A stretch of 63,930 nt of DNA, filler included, from Reticulomyxa filosa (taxonomy: Eukaryota; Protista; Foraminifera): NCBI GenBank assembly GCA_000512085.1. It is 24 parts of 24 records of this genome, joined end to end, with 100 filler letters (N's around TTAATTAATTAA, not from the genome) between each part and the next. Parts side by side here need not be neighbours in the genome. Positions count along the whole stretch, not along the records: positions 1 to 3,178 come from ASPP01006294.1; positions 3,279 to 5,064 come from ASPP01010830.1; positions 5,165 to 10,047 come from ASPP01025331.1; positions 10,148 to 13,715 come from ASPP01007742.1; 20 more parts are not named here. One strand, 5' to 3'. The notes beneath the pieces are model-generated. The model did no database searches. It was not told where the DNA came from and was given only the letters and a program-made list of their open reading frames with translations. Below, piece by piece: positions 1 to 12,093 of the stretch (within the stretch, counting starts at the first letter, position 1; every line of letters starts with the position of its first letter). The translations under genes were made by a program, and so were the position numbers.

Positions 1-721
1 TTCGAAAATGTGTTTTTTAAATATCTCAACGATAACAACAAGTGAGGAAGTCAATAGTTTAAAATTTATAGCTATTATCTGTTGATGCATCTTCCATTTG
101 CAAAAAAAAAACAAATCATCTTCACTTTGTTGTGGATGAAAAACAACAATTACAAATCTTTTGAAATTTGGCAGTTTATCCGGGGTAAAATCTTGTTCAA
201 TAATGTTTCATTTTGACATTTTTTTCCTAAAAAAATGAGACATTGTGAAAATGTTAAGTGTAAAACGACAGGACACAATTGATGGACGTTACGTATCAAA
301 ATGATCGTAAGGCTAGTGCAACCGCGGGTTTTCTCATTTGAAGAAAACAAAGGAAATTATTGCTCCTTTTTGTGTCGGCTCAAGTGCAAAAAAAATTCGA
401 AACGTTAAGAATGCCAAAAAACAGCTGGCTTCTTCTACATTAAAAATCGTTTATACTTATGCAAGCTGTGTATAGAATTCATTGCATTTTCCAAACAAAA
501 AGGGTTTGGAGATGCAAATTTTTAATTGTTTGTCCAATCGTTCCTAAAGGAACTGAGGTTTCAATTTTGTCGCTTATTTTGTTCTTTCTTTGTTAATGAT
601 GCTTGGAGTCAGCCAACTTAGAAAATCTTCTCCACAGGTTGAATAGCGTCTTTTTTTTTTTTTGCAAAAAAAAAAAGTTTAAAAAAAAGGCAGTCAATTT
701 TTGTTGCAAAACTTAGATTCT

Positions 722-1622
722 TCAGAGTGTCTCGGTTTGTGTATCCAATGAATCCTCACCGAAACTATCAAATCCTAAACTAAAAATGTCTGTATCATCG
801 TCTTCACTTATTACCCATCCACTGTCTGCAGGAGGTGGTTGTGATACTGATGATCCACCTTTCAATTCACCAACATGACGGCCTAAATTTATTATATATT
901 TTTTTTAATGCAAACATTTTCTGTACTTTAAACGAATCCCTTAATTTTGTGCATACCAGGCCCAGCAGGAGAATATGTAGAGTAGGGTGATATTGGCCCT
1001 TGTTGTTGCATTGGTTGCATTTGTTTGGACAAAAGAATTCCTAATCCCTCAATCAAAGCTAGAAAGACACCACCCAGTAATGCGTTTTTACACATATTCG
1101 CAGGACCAGCTCGGAATGCAAGTGTTCCTCCAGTTGCGGCACCAGCCATTATTGCATTCAGCTGATCGTCTTTTCTGCGTGCATGCAGGAAAAGACAATC
1201 ATAGCTGCTGAAAAATAGACCCCAGATGGCAAAGTTCCCTATTGGAGAGATATAGCATGTAACATTCCTTTTTTTTTTTAGAACAAGTTCGTCAGGAATT
1301 TTCTAGAAAATTCTGACCAGGTTTCATGGACACTCATAAGGGGATCGAAAAATTGAAATAGACGTAAGAACGAACCTCCTAAACCAGGGGCTCTTGCAGC
1401 AATTGATTTTCCGCATCCAATAAAACGATTCATGGTGCCTCTTGGTGCATTGCGGTAGCCTTTGAATCCGTGAAAAAGTGTTCCAAAAGTTCCGCCCATG
1501 CAAAATGCATATCCCTGTGAACCAGATTTTTCAATCAGATGAAAAGGAGTGACACACAAGAGACAAAAAAAAAAGCGTACCATATCATCTATTATTCTGT
1601 GTGGACAGGGTGACTGAGCCAT
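722..1622 (-). CDS. TIM17: Mitochondrial inner-membrane translocase subunit Tim17 (4 exons)
   Basis: Spliced product: MAQSPCPHRIIDDM|GYAFCMGGTFGTLFHGFKGYRNAPRG...ARAPGLG|GNFAIWGLFFSSYDC...RRKDDQLNAIMAGAATGGTLAFRAG...GGVFLALIEG, which fits the Tim17 pattern. GT-AG introns, e.g. 1515-1580. The acidic last exon ends at TGA 722-724. Confidence 0.93.
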
Positions 1623-2303
1623 TTTTACAATATAAAAAAAATAAGTGAACCAAGAATGACAAAAAGAACTTTAAATCTTTTTCTTTGACATCGTTGAGAA
1701 AGGGGGGAGGGGAGAAGAAAAAACGCAGTGTTCAAGCGTTTTCACCACTAACAAATTGTTCAAATATGTTATTAGTTTTATTTGTTTGGCACATTTGCGT
1801 AGTATTTTTAAGAAAAATTTTTTAGTGCAGTTTCCAAAGCGAATACGAAAAAAATCAATATTTTTGTTCAAAAATGTACTAACTACCAATCATTTTTTGA
1901 GATTGCAATAGCAACAAAGTTGATTGAATTCATAATAGTTGGGAGTGAAGAAGAAACAAGTGACAAAATAAAATAAGGGATAAAAAATAAGCACAATAAC
2001 TCTGTGAGATGGTGCATCAAACATTCAAAACAACGATGGTGTGTGTAAAAGACATAAGGTCGTGTTTTGTCATAATAAAGATAACCTTGAAGAAGTTATT
2101 ATTATTTTTTTTAAAAAAAAGAAACAACGTCAAAAGATGAACAAGAAAATAAAAACAAACAATGAAGAAATAAGGGGAAAAAAGAAAAAAAAGGAAAAAA
2201 AATCTGTATGACAAAAAGACAAAAAAAAGGACTCACTCCTTTGTCTATGTACATGCACATGCACGTCCGAAAGGTGTAATGGAAGTTGCAATATTCGATT
2301 GTT

Positions 2304-3075
2304 TCAAAAATATTGTGTCGTGTATATTTTATCTTTGATATTTTTCGGAGTGTCTCGATTGTGTCGTTTTTTCGATTTGGTGTCGCGATCTTGACGGAAA
2401 TTGCGCGGCGTTGTGGCACGTATAGCAGTCCGTAGATCTCCACTAGGCCTGGTGTTGATATCATGCGACTCGTTCTGTCCACCTAAATTTTCGACACCGA
2501 CTGAGACTAAAGGCAGATATCCTAACGAGCCTGTTTGCGTTGGAAAGCCCGGAGAAGAAACATAGCAAGCATAGGAATGGGGATCCGCACGACTGCGATT
2601 GCTAGGGGCTTGATTCGGCAGCGACGGATTGGATAAAGCATTTGGCCGTGAGCTGTTTGTATATGTGCTATTGTAGGTATGTTCGATGTGAGGATTGGAA
2701 TACTGCGACACAACATCCACACCACCGGGACCAAATTCGGGATGGTGATAATAATGCTCGCGTTTGCGCGAATCTGGGTCCCTCCGGCCCTTATCTTTTG
2801 TCTTTTTGTGCGCTTTGTCTTTCATATGCTCTTCGTCTCTGTATTTATGGCGATCAAAGCTACTCGTGTTTGGCAGCGAGTAATAGCTGCTTTGCGGCGT
2901 CCACTCCATCTGCTGCGACGCAATGGTATTGTTATCATCATGGAAACGGCTTCGAGTTGCCGTCGTCATCGGGGACTCCAATTTCGTTATATCTGCGTTT
3001 GGAACTGAGTGAGGATGAATAGGAGAAGGATAATGTTTTAATGAGCCAACTCCATCTTCACGATCGCTGTCATCA
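2304..3075 (-). CDS. Low-complexity hypothetical protein, 3' exon (5' part lost at the contig end)
   Basis: Open frame of ~250 codons, GC-richer than its AT-rich flanks. S/P/H/R-rich with no recognisable domain. Confidence 0.5.
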
Positions 3076-3139
3076 ATATATAATTAAATATATATATACA
3101 TGTATATATATATTTAATTATTATTATTTATTGTTATTG

Positions 3140-3172
<33 letters not shown>

Positions 3173-3178
3173 CCCCCC

Positions 3179-3278
3179 NNNNNNNNNNNNNNNNNNNNNN
3201 NNNNNNNNNNNNNNNNNNNNNNTTAATTAATTAANNNNNNNNNNNNNNNNNNNNNNNNNNNNNNNNNNNNNNNNNNNN
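3179..3278. other. Artificial contig spacer N44-TTAATTAATTAA-N44 (first of 23). The others start at 5065, 10048, 13716, 16177, 17463, 19624, 20748, 21851, 23393, 27274, 28622, 29823, 31333, 32998, 42218, 44563, 45757, 54502, 55714, 56949, 58304 and 60092.
   Basis: Identical 100-bp block with a palindromic six-frame-stop 12-mer flanked by N runs. It truncates genes mid-exon and explains the ORFs ending in XXX...LIN. Confidence 0.99.
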
Positions 3279-4153
3279 TTTCGATTTCAATTTGCAAGTC
3301 GTTTGATTTCAAAAAAGAGATCACGCCTTTGAGTTTTCTTTTTTTTTTTTTTAGCACATAACTTTTATTGTCAATGCGTCATTGCGCTTTTTTTTATTTT
3401 TTATTTTTTATTTTAAATTTATTCATTTATTTATTTGCTTATTCTGGCTACATCGTAACAACCAAAAGTGTTATTGACTATCCTTGCACTCCTTTTCTTA
3501 TACAATTAAAAAAAAAAAAAAAAAAAACGAAATATGTTGTAAACATGTTGGAAGGTAGTGAGCGGGACGGCATGTTACACCAAATGTTCATCGCATTTTT
3601 TGTGTTGCAAATGTCCGCAGTTGTCTATTCGACCATGTCATAATGTCATCCCCCCCATGACATGTGGGTATATGTACCGTGTCTTGTGTTGACGTGTCGG
3701 GTTGACAAAAGCAAGGGGAAAAAAAAAAAAAACAACAAAAACAAAAACAAAATGTACTCACCAGTTTCCTTGACAAAAAAGTCCTTTCGTGGACATATTT
3801 GTATATCAATGACGACAAGTCAATGGAACTAAGGCCCATCATTTGTTTGATACCTGGCATTCCTTTTGTTGTTTGTGAAGTTCCAACACACACATACATA
3901 CAGCTGTTATGTCCAAAAAAAAAAAAAAAGAGTGAATAAAAAAAAAGGGAAAGGATGATTTGCTTTGTTTTGAAAAGAGGTACTTTGTGGATTACCAAAT
4001 CGAATCCTATAATGTGGTGGACATGTGCATTGCACAAAGACGTGATAACAACAATCCAATAGGACATACACATATACATATATATATATGTATATACGTA
4101 TATGTATACATAAATATGTATTTATATAAAGACATTGGCTGTCATATCGTAGG

Positions 4154-4957
4154 TTACCATGGTGTTTCTAGTGCATTTTCATTTGGAACAGCAGCGTCCA
4201 CAACGTCCGGGGAGTGAATGGCCGGCACGCTGACGTTAGTGTCCGTGTCCTCACTGTCCAGATTCGCGACGGAATGGGTGTGGGTCAGAGGACTGAGAGA
4301 CGTGGTGAGCAGAGGCAACGACAGTGTGGGGAACAGCTGGCCTTTGGACGTCCTTGGCAACGGCGAAAAGGATTGCGACAGAGGCGGCAACGACATCGCC
4401 GTAGTCTCTCTCTCTCTTTTCACGACCTTTCGTTTCTTTGATATCATTCGCGATGACGACAGCAACGACGACGGTCCTGCTCCATTGCCGTCCAAGTCTT
4501 GATTCATGTTTGCATAATCACGTTTTTTTGGTTGTTTTTCGGAGAAACTGTTCCGTCGTGTCATTGTCGTCGTTGTTGTTGTTGTTGTTGTTGTCATCAT
4601 TGGCACTGGTGGTGGTGGTGTTGTTGTTGTTGTTGCTGTTGCTGTTGCTGTTGCTGTTGTCGTCATCATCGTTGTCGTTGTCATCGTCGTTGTTGTCGCT
4701 GTGCGACCCTTTGGCTTACCCTTCTCTTCTTTATGTGCCAGGCGCTTCGACTTGCGCTTTCCAACGTACGTCTTTGGCTGGATCGCAACCAACAATTTTT
4801 GGTTCCACGAATGTTTCTCTTTTTTCGATGTCAACGAGCCGTCATTTTTGTTTGTTTGTCCATGCTCCTCATTTTCGGACTCGTTGTCACTCACCTTTGT
4901 ACGATTCAGATGGCCAAGACCCGGAATTAATCTGGATCTGTCCAGTGGCTTTCCCAT
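4154..4957 (-). CDS. Low-complexity hypothetical protein exon with poly-Thr tract and basic NLS-like segments
   Basis: 267-aa ORF containing KRKSKR and KKRKVVKR. It probably continues through a GT donor near its 3' end (CCATG|GTAACC). Confidence 0.5.
   Translation of the reverse strand: MGKPLDRSRLIPGLGHLNRTKVSDNESENEEHGQTNKNDGSLTSKKEKHSWNQKLLVAIQPKTYVGKRKSKRLAHKEEKGKPKGRTATTTTMTTTTMMTTTATATATATTTTTPPPPVPMMTTTTTTTTTTMTRRNSFSEKQPKKRDYANMNQDLDGNGAGPSSLLSSSRMISKKRKVVKRERETTAMSLPPLSQSFSPLPRTSKGQLFPTLSLPLLTTSLSPLTHTHSVANLDSEDTDTNVSVPAIHSPDVVDAAVPNENALETPW
4560..4700. repeat. Compound trinucleotide microsatellite (GTT/GCT/GGT/GTC)n, read as poly-Thr/Ala/Pro on the minus strand
   Basis: Directly visible tandem repeats. 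Confidence 0.9.
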
Positions 4958-5024
4958 TGGCCATTGTTTTCAATTGTGTGTTATTGTTGTTGTTGTTACA
5001 ATTTACACAATATCAATTACGTCA

Positions 5025-5064
<40 letters not shown>

Positions 5065-5164
5065 NNNNNNNNNNNNNNNNNNNNNNNNNNNNNNNNNNNN
5101 NNNNNNNNTTAATTAATTAANNNNNNNNNNNNNNNNNNNNNNNNNNNNNNNNNNNNNNNNNNNN

Positions 5165-5624
5165 CACTATTCCATCAATATGCATATGTGAGTACTAATA
5201 ATGCTATCTTGTTCTTTGGTGGATGTATTAGTAATAAATCGAGTATTTCAAAAGCGACACACAAGTATTTAATTCGAGAAAATAAATGGATGACATTTCA
5301 AAACACGTTACCCAGTCCATTATGTGGATGTGCTGCAATATTAAGTGAAGAAGATAATCACATTCATATAATTGGAGGAGAAGGTGATAAAAATACAATA
5401 GTATCAACTCACATAAAGACTAAAATGCGTGTATGGGATTCTTCACATTTGGTAATTATTTATTTATTTATTTGAATAAATTGTATTGTTTGAAACTAAT
5501 TATAAATAACAAACAGTCAAAAAATGAGATCAAATGTATTACTCAGCGTTGGATTCGAATTTCAAATATAAAATTTGGATGGATCAATGACTTTGATAAA
5601 GTTATCACGAGATACAGTAGATGA
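5165..5624 (+). CDS. Kelch-repeat protein, C-terminal fragment (2 exons)
   Basis: ILFFGG...W...LPSPL.GCAAIL...HIHIIGG Kelch motifs. Intron 5452-5516 (GT..AG), then SKNEIKCITQRWIRISNIKFGWINDFDKVI. Confidence 0.8.
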
Positions 5625-6567
5625 AATACATTTTGAAGAAGCAAAATTAAAATAAACATGGTTTTTAATTTTTATTTTTATTTCATAATTATGAAATTTA
5701 CCAATTTTCTCTTAGGATAAAATTGCAATTATAAATGAAAAAATTTCTAATTGAAAGTTTTCTTTACTCTTATTAATTGTAAACTTAGTCTAATCTCATC
5801 TATCTTTTGGCAAGAAAAAACAATAAGCAAATACTAATGTTATAGAAAATAATTAAATGTTTGTAATTGATAAAAAATCATTTTCATAATTTGTTATGAC
5901 TTTTTCCCTACCTGTAAATTTGTCTTTACATATACATATAATTTTCCTTTATTTCGATATCTTTAGTTCAAAGAAAGCCATGAAAAGAATATGAAATAGA
6001 ATGGACATTATCTCGTTTTTAATCTAACCGAATTGATCATGTGATTTGTTCTTTTTCATAAAAAGTATTCAAATTTATCATAAACATCTTTATTTGATGA
6101 TGGTGTGATTTATTATGTTGGTGTTTGTTGACTTGTAATGTTATGTAGCACACTATAACTGTTTTCTTTTTATAACAAAGCATTTTCAGTCCTTTTTTTA
6201 TAGACGACACTATTGTGGATAAAACATTACCACGTATACATATTTGTATCCTCTGTTCCATTGACAAAGTTATGAGCTTATTTTTTTAAAAAACAACTCA
6301 ACTTTTTTTTAAACACTAGCTGTCATTTTTTTGGTAATCAGTTCACTTGGCTTTAAACCTTACTTTTTTTACTCACGATGTGGAAATCTTTCGAACAAAA
6401 ATTGCAGATTGCAAAATTTGGTGATAAATTCTATTTTGAAAACAGTTTTTCACAATGTAACGCTGTAATTCTTTACAAGACTTGTTCGTGACCTAAATCG
6501 TTCGTGCAAAGAAAAAGTTCGAAGCTAGGGGCAAAGAGCGAGTTAGAATTTTTTTCATTGGAAGCCA

Positions 6568-7184
6568 TGCAGCGTGTCACAACTAGACGAGTGACGACCT
6601 TATCACGTTTAACACCAGGCATATTATTTAGACAACCTCATATTATCACTACATCGATGTCTAGACATTTTAACAATGTAAACGAAGACACGAAAGCAAG
6701 CAACAGCAACCCAACAAAAAAAGGCAGTACTTTTTGGAAATGTAAGCATACTTGGAGACGTTCAGCTATTAACACAGGCTGGTGCTTGTTGGGTTGTAGC
6801 GTTGGAGATTTTGGAACAATGTTGTTGTGTAATAACTTCTTTTTAGATTGGAGCTTGGCTCATCCAATGTCGCTGATGTGTTTGTCAACAGTCAACGGAT
6901 TGCTAACAAGTGTACTGTTGGAAACAATCATATTGTATAGACAAAATAAGAAAAAAGCCAATACACAGCAGCTGAGCATCTATCAATGTTTGCAAACCGC
7001 AGCAAACATGAGTATGCTGTCAATGCTCGCAATGGAGTGTGCTATGAATGTCACCGATTTTTGTATGGTGGGTACAATGGCTGTCACTTGGTATTCCGTT
7101 GTGCCATCACTGATGGCCGGATTCTTAGTCCCTTGGCCCTATAACTATTGGAAACTCAAAAAATTTGGAAAAGCTTGCCATTGA
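6568..7184 (+). CDS. DUF4396-family membrane protein with N-terminal Arg/Thr-rich presequence
   Basis: TWRRSAINTGWCLLGCSVGDFGT, GLLTSVLLET, MSMLSMLAME.AMN.TD and GFLVPWPYNYWKLKKFGKACH match the DUF4396 pattern as I recall it. Intronless; ATG at 6568. Confidence 0.75.
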
Positions 7185-7874
7185 GCAGCATGTGCAAATT
7201 GTTCAATTACTAAGAAGGCTTCGTCTACTTTAGCATCTATACATTCGACCCATTCTTTTAAAATAAATTTTAGTTATTCCTTTCTGGCATCTTTTTCACG
7301 CAAATCGTCACAATTTTCTCTTTGATGCAGTTGGTATTACTTCTTTTTTAAAAAAAATTAAAAAAGCCAAATTTTCTTTTTTATCTGCGGTTGTACGTTA
7401 GCTTACTGAACTTTTTGTTTTTTTGCAAACTTATCAAGCTTTGAATGCTTGTCCCAATTTCTTTCTTGCCGTTTTAACGTTTAGCCTTAGTATAACCTTA
7501 AATGACTTTTGTTGAGTGTGTGGCAATCAGCGGCTGTCGAACGTTCGATAGTACCACCCCAATCAGATAGTTTAACTACAACTAGTTCTCTATTAGAAAG
7601 CGTTGCACTATTCTTTTTATTTTCAAACTGCCCTTGCAAAAGAATTGACACTGCATCGATTGTTTATTTTTTTTTTGAAATTTTCAAGTTAGTTTTTTTA
7701 ACAAGTTATTGGGTGCCAAGACCTTCTTTCGTTTACGTCAGATTAAAAAATTAAGCCAGGAAAGCTGGTAGTTTGCACCTCCTTCCTACGTCAACAATAA
7801 ACCTGCACAAAAAAAAAAAAGAACTTTCTTTTTATCCCATTCTCTCTTCTGGTAGTGTAGAATGGTCAACAAGT

Positions 7875-8536
7875 TCAAATATCGTCATCACCCTTTGCGG
7901 GGACATAATTCGACTTAATTCCGGGCCACGAATCACCCTCTTCCGCTCGCATATCGTCCCACATTTCAAGCTTCATGCAACCATTCAAAACAAACAAACA
8001 AAAAAAAAAGATAACTAGCAATAATTGAAGAGTCAAGTTTGTATGTAAACAAAAGACATACCAATTGGGGTGGTATTTGACGCAAGAAAATTCCACAATA
8101 GGATTGTGCTTTTTCACCTCCTAAATGCTCCAATTTATTGTAGCAATCCAAAAACTTGGAATAATTGAAAAAGAATTGACATAACTGTTCAAAACAATCA
8201 CACATTAAAAAAAAAAAAAAAGAAAAGGTCATGTGAAAAAAAAAACAGGTAATAGCAAAATTAATAATATAACTTAACTCTGTTTTCATTGGGACAACGT
8301 CGAGACGCACCATACCCATACTGTGGAATGCATCTTTCTGGTTTGGTTTCCCATATTCTCTTTGGGCATTCTTGCCAATGTTGTCTCCAAAATCCACCCC
8401 CCCAAAGGGTGCCGATCTTCTCTAGTTTTAAAGGATACCCCGTTTCGGTCCGGAAGATGTTGGTAAGTAGCGCACTACTTCGTATCTCTTTGGCATCTGC
8501 CGCTCTTTGTTCAGGAGTGGAATAGTCACGAATCAT
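7875..8536 (-). CDS. COX6B: Cytochrome c oxidase subunit 6B (COX6B/Cox12)-like protein, 3 exons
   Basis: Spliced SRRCPNENR|LCQFFFNYSKFLDCYNKLEHLGGEKAQSYC...PPQL|LEMWDDMRAEEGDSWPGIK resembles mammalian [22 protein letters not shown]...WDDRRAEGTFPGKI (recalled). ATG at 8536. Confidence 0.7.
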
Positions 8537-9053
8537 TTTGTAGTCACTATTACTCTGGTCTTTTTCTTTAGACTTTTTTCTCGTCGCTACAGCCACACGT
8601 TTTTAAACTAGTGTGTCTTGAAATCAAGTAATAGTGTACGACTTTATTGATTGAATATATTCCAAATGTTCTATTTATCATAGGAATTGCTAAAAAAGTA
8701 CAAATTACGTGCAAAATCACAAGCTAGAGTGAGTTATAATATCAAAGTTGTGGAATTGGCAACAAATCAAAAAAATGTCGTTAAGTTTTCGTCATACAAT
8801 AGAAAGCACTTGGTCTAAAATGGAGTATTTGGAAAAGTAATATATTGGTTGAAATTTGTTAAGTAAAATCATTTCAGAAGATACAAAACAGGATCAAAGT
8901 GTATAAGCAATGAATGCAAGTATCGACAACAATGTTAAAACTTTTTATCAAACTTGTGTAGCTAATTTTTTGCGAGTAGAAAGGTTTTTTCTTTGCAAAA
9001 AGAAAATTAGTAAGTTTGAGGAAAAAAAAAAGGTATAAAAACCTTGAAAAACA

Positions 9054-9647
9054 ATGCAGCATTTACCATCTACATCACCAGTGGTAAAAAATCAGTCATC
9101 TCGGGCAGTTTTTTGCAGACCAGTGGTAATAAATAACTCAAATATCCCACAATCGGCACCTTATATAACGCCACAAACTGGCAACTTATCACCGGTGTCA
9201 GTGCCATCGTATAGCAGGAACCGTCAGGCAAATGTCGGACGCACTGGGGCATCGATTGAACAAGCGGTGACCCCGACAATGCTTTACAAATACCACAGAC
9301 CGTTGGCAAACAAGGAGATAAGAACAGAAGGGAGCATTGAAACAGGGATAGAAAAGAAGAAAACGCGATTTGCACCGTCAGCATTTTCTCCAGTGGCAGC
9401 AATACGAAAGAATGAAGGAACAAAAACAGCACCAGAAAAAGTGGATCAACAACAAATCAGTCCTCCCTTTGTGTATTTTCAGACTGAAGATTTTGTGTAC
9501 AGTTATGATGGATACATTGGGCCAGTATCACAAGGTCATTTGTATCGCTTCAAGCAATATCCTTACAAGAAAAAAGCAAGTTTTTGGAGTGATGACAATA
9601 AGAGTGTAACACCGAGTAATGGTAATCAAGGTGATACTAGTCGTGGC

Positions 9648-9688
<41 letters not shown>

Positions 9689-10006
9689 CACGTTTGAAGA
9701 AACAATAATGGTCGAACTATCAGTGGAACCAAGTAAAGATTATGACAACAGAGAGGGACAAGCGCAAGGAAAACTGCAAGCTGGACGGATGAAAGTGTTG
9801 TCGGAATTTCCAAAGGATTTAATGAACCAATATTCGGAAGAATTTTTTTTAGGGAATATGTTGACACAGAGTGATTTCGTGATGGTCAGGTTATCCAATT
9901 TGCAGGCCGTCCCAAACGCAACGAGTCTTGTTGTTCCCTCTGCCATTGCTAACGAGGTCGATCTTTATTCGGCGATCGCAGAGTGGCCAGAGGATGAGCG
10001 AGCTGG
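9054..10006 (+). CDS. Hypothetical protein, first exon with poly-Asn tract; 3' truncated
   Basis: ATG-initiated frame of ~317 codons ending at a GTATG donor before poly-T. (AAT)n at ~9648-9686. Confidence 0.6.
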
Positions 10007-10009
10007 TAT

Positions 10010-10047
<38 letters not shown>

Positions 10048-10329
10048 NNNNNNNNNNNNNNNNNNNNNNNNNNNNNNNNNNNNNNNNNNNNTTAATTAAT
10101 TAANNNNNNNNNNNNNNNNNNNNNNNNNNNNNNNNNNNNNNNNNNNNAAAAAAAAAAAGGGGGTTAGGAAATACGTATACGTGTTCTTTGCATTTTCCAC
10201 GCTCCCCTCCTTTTCACAGCTTTAAGCCCTTTCTTGTATCTTTGTTACACTTCTCTCTCTCTCTGTCTCTCTCTTCTTTCTCTCACCTCTTAATAAAATA
10301 AAAAAATGATAACATATTTCGTAACGTAA

Positions 10330-10624
10330 CGCAAAGATGTTTGTATTCTCCAGGAAACTCTTCCTGAATTTCTCGAGATCTCGAAATCAATTTTTGCATT
10401 TGCTCAATGATTTGACTTTCAATTTGAGCACGATAATCAGACTTGTCTTTGGGTGAAAATCCGTCGCCATGGATACACTTGAGTTGCTTGAAAAATGTGG
10501 TTTTGCCTGACGAACCGGCTCCCAACAAAAGAAGCTTTTTCACCTCTTTGTCTTGCTGCTTGTCTTGCCCAATCTCTTTATCTATCAAACCATTATTGGA
10601 TTGCTTACTTGAACAACATCCCAT
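10330..10624 (-). CDS. Heterotrimeric G-protein alpha subunit, first exon (rest not on the contig)
   Basis: MGCCSSK myristoylation/palmitoylation N-terminus and KLLLLGAGSSGKTTFFKQLKCIHGDGFS G1 box. The exon end is approximate. Confidence 0.93.
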
Positions 10625-11128
10625 CCTAATCTAGCAATTTAATTTATCAACTTTTAAGTGCTCACTATTAAGCACAAGAAATTTCGTTTGACTCCCCCCT
10701 TTACGAGTGTCGTCGACATACTTGCTTGTGCAGATTTATTCCCCTGTTTAAAATATTTTATATCGCTCAGAAAACTATTTTTTAAAAGCCCAGGAAGAAC
10801 TGTACATTTTTTGTCGAATGCAATGATAATTAAGTTCTTTCCAGTGTTATTCTTTGATTCGCTCAGTTTTATATATCTTTTATGCATAACTGAACGTAAT
10901 ACGGACTCTTTGGACTACGTAGAGTATATCATTTAAAGTTTAGATTGTAATATGTGGATCATATAATATTATGATAAAGTACTAAAAAAAACACAATGCA
11001 AAAGATAGAATTTTGGTTGAATAAATCGTTACAAAAAAAAATTTATTGGTGATGACAAAGATTGCAAAAATCAAACACTCAAATGCAAGCATCCAAAAAA
11101 AGTAGGATATTTTAGGTTGATTGCTTGG

Positions 11129-11677
11129 TTATGGCTTGATCAGAGGAATGAATAACGATCGTTCTTTAATCTTTTCAAACTCTTTCAACTGTTTTTCAAA
11201 ACCGGCGTTAATTGAAATAATTTTGCGTTTTTGCTTGACAAAGTGATAGGCATTTTCAAACGACATGCGATGTTTCCACATAATATACCCAATCACAATG
11301 GTCACACTTCTACTTTTTCCTCTTGCACAATGCACCAAAACAGAATGATCTTTGTTTTGACTTGCTTTTTGTCGTTCAATAAAGCGAATTGTTGATATTA
11401 TATCATTTGTGATATCATATACAGGCAAATCGATGCATTTCAGTCGATGATAGGTAATGTCTTTTGGATGCGACATTGTTATTCCAAACCCAGCAACCAC
11501 AACCGATTTTATATTGTGTTTTTGCAACAGAGACAAACTACAGTGCCCGGCATCCTCACTTCCCAACCATAGCTGGGGTTCTATTTCATCCGCATTTTCC
11601 AAAAAGTCATCCTTTTCTTTGGGATCTTTGTCCACTTCTTTGCTATCCTCTTTTATTTCTGGTTTTTCTTCACTCAT
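11129..11677 (-). CDS. Atypical dual-specificity protein phosphatase (intronless)
   Basis: EIEPQLWLGS, D-loop CIDLP, catalytic VHCARGKSRS (HCx5R) and AYHFVKQKRKIISINAGFEKQL. Confidence 0.93.
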   Translation of the reverse strand: MSEEKPEIKEDSKEVDKDPKEKDDFLENADEIEPQLWLGSEDAGHCSLSLLQKHNIKSVVVAGFGITMSHPKDITYHRLKCIDLPVYDITNDIISTIRFIERQKASQNKDHSVLVHCARGKSRSVTIVIGYIMWKHRMSFENAYHFVKQKRKIISINAGFEKQLKEFEKIKERSLFIPLIKP

Positions 11678-12093
11678 TTCTTATGAAGGGCGCTTCCTTT
11701 CAAAAAATCCTTTAACAACACTTGAAGCTTGAAGAAAAGTGACATAGCAAATATGGACGTAAAAGGCTTCAATCTTAACATTTAACAGACTTTTGAGTGT
11801 GCAAAGTTGAAAGCGATATTAAGAAATTTAAAAACTTTTTAGGTAATGAAGGTAGCCCGAAATTTTAAATTATGTATACATTTACAAAACTTAGACACCT
11901 GGAAAAATATTTCTACAACAATAATTAAGTAAAAATTATAGCAATCTGTTTTATGAATGTCAATTGAAACAGCCAATAATGATTTCCAAAGCAAGGATAA
12001 CATAAAAATAGTATAGTTTCAATAATGACGTCTTTTTCGAACTTTTTGTTGATATAAGTTTTATTGTCTTTCTAAAGAAAAATTAAAGAACAG

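Noticed and set aside
4438-5120. Poly-Cys and poly-Leu ORFs on the + strand (metallothionein-like appearance)
   Set aside because: Shadow translations of the trinucleotide microsatellite; the minus-strand frame is the plausible one.
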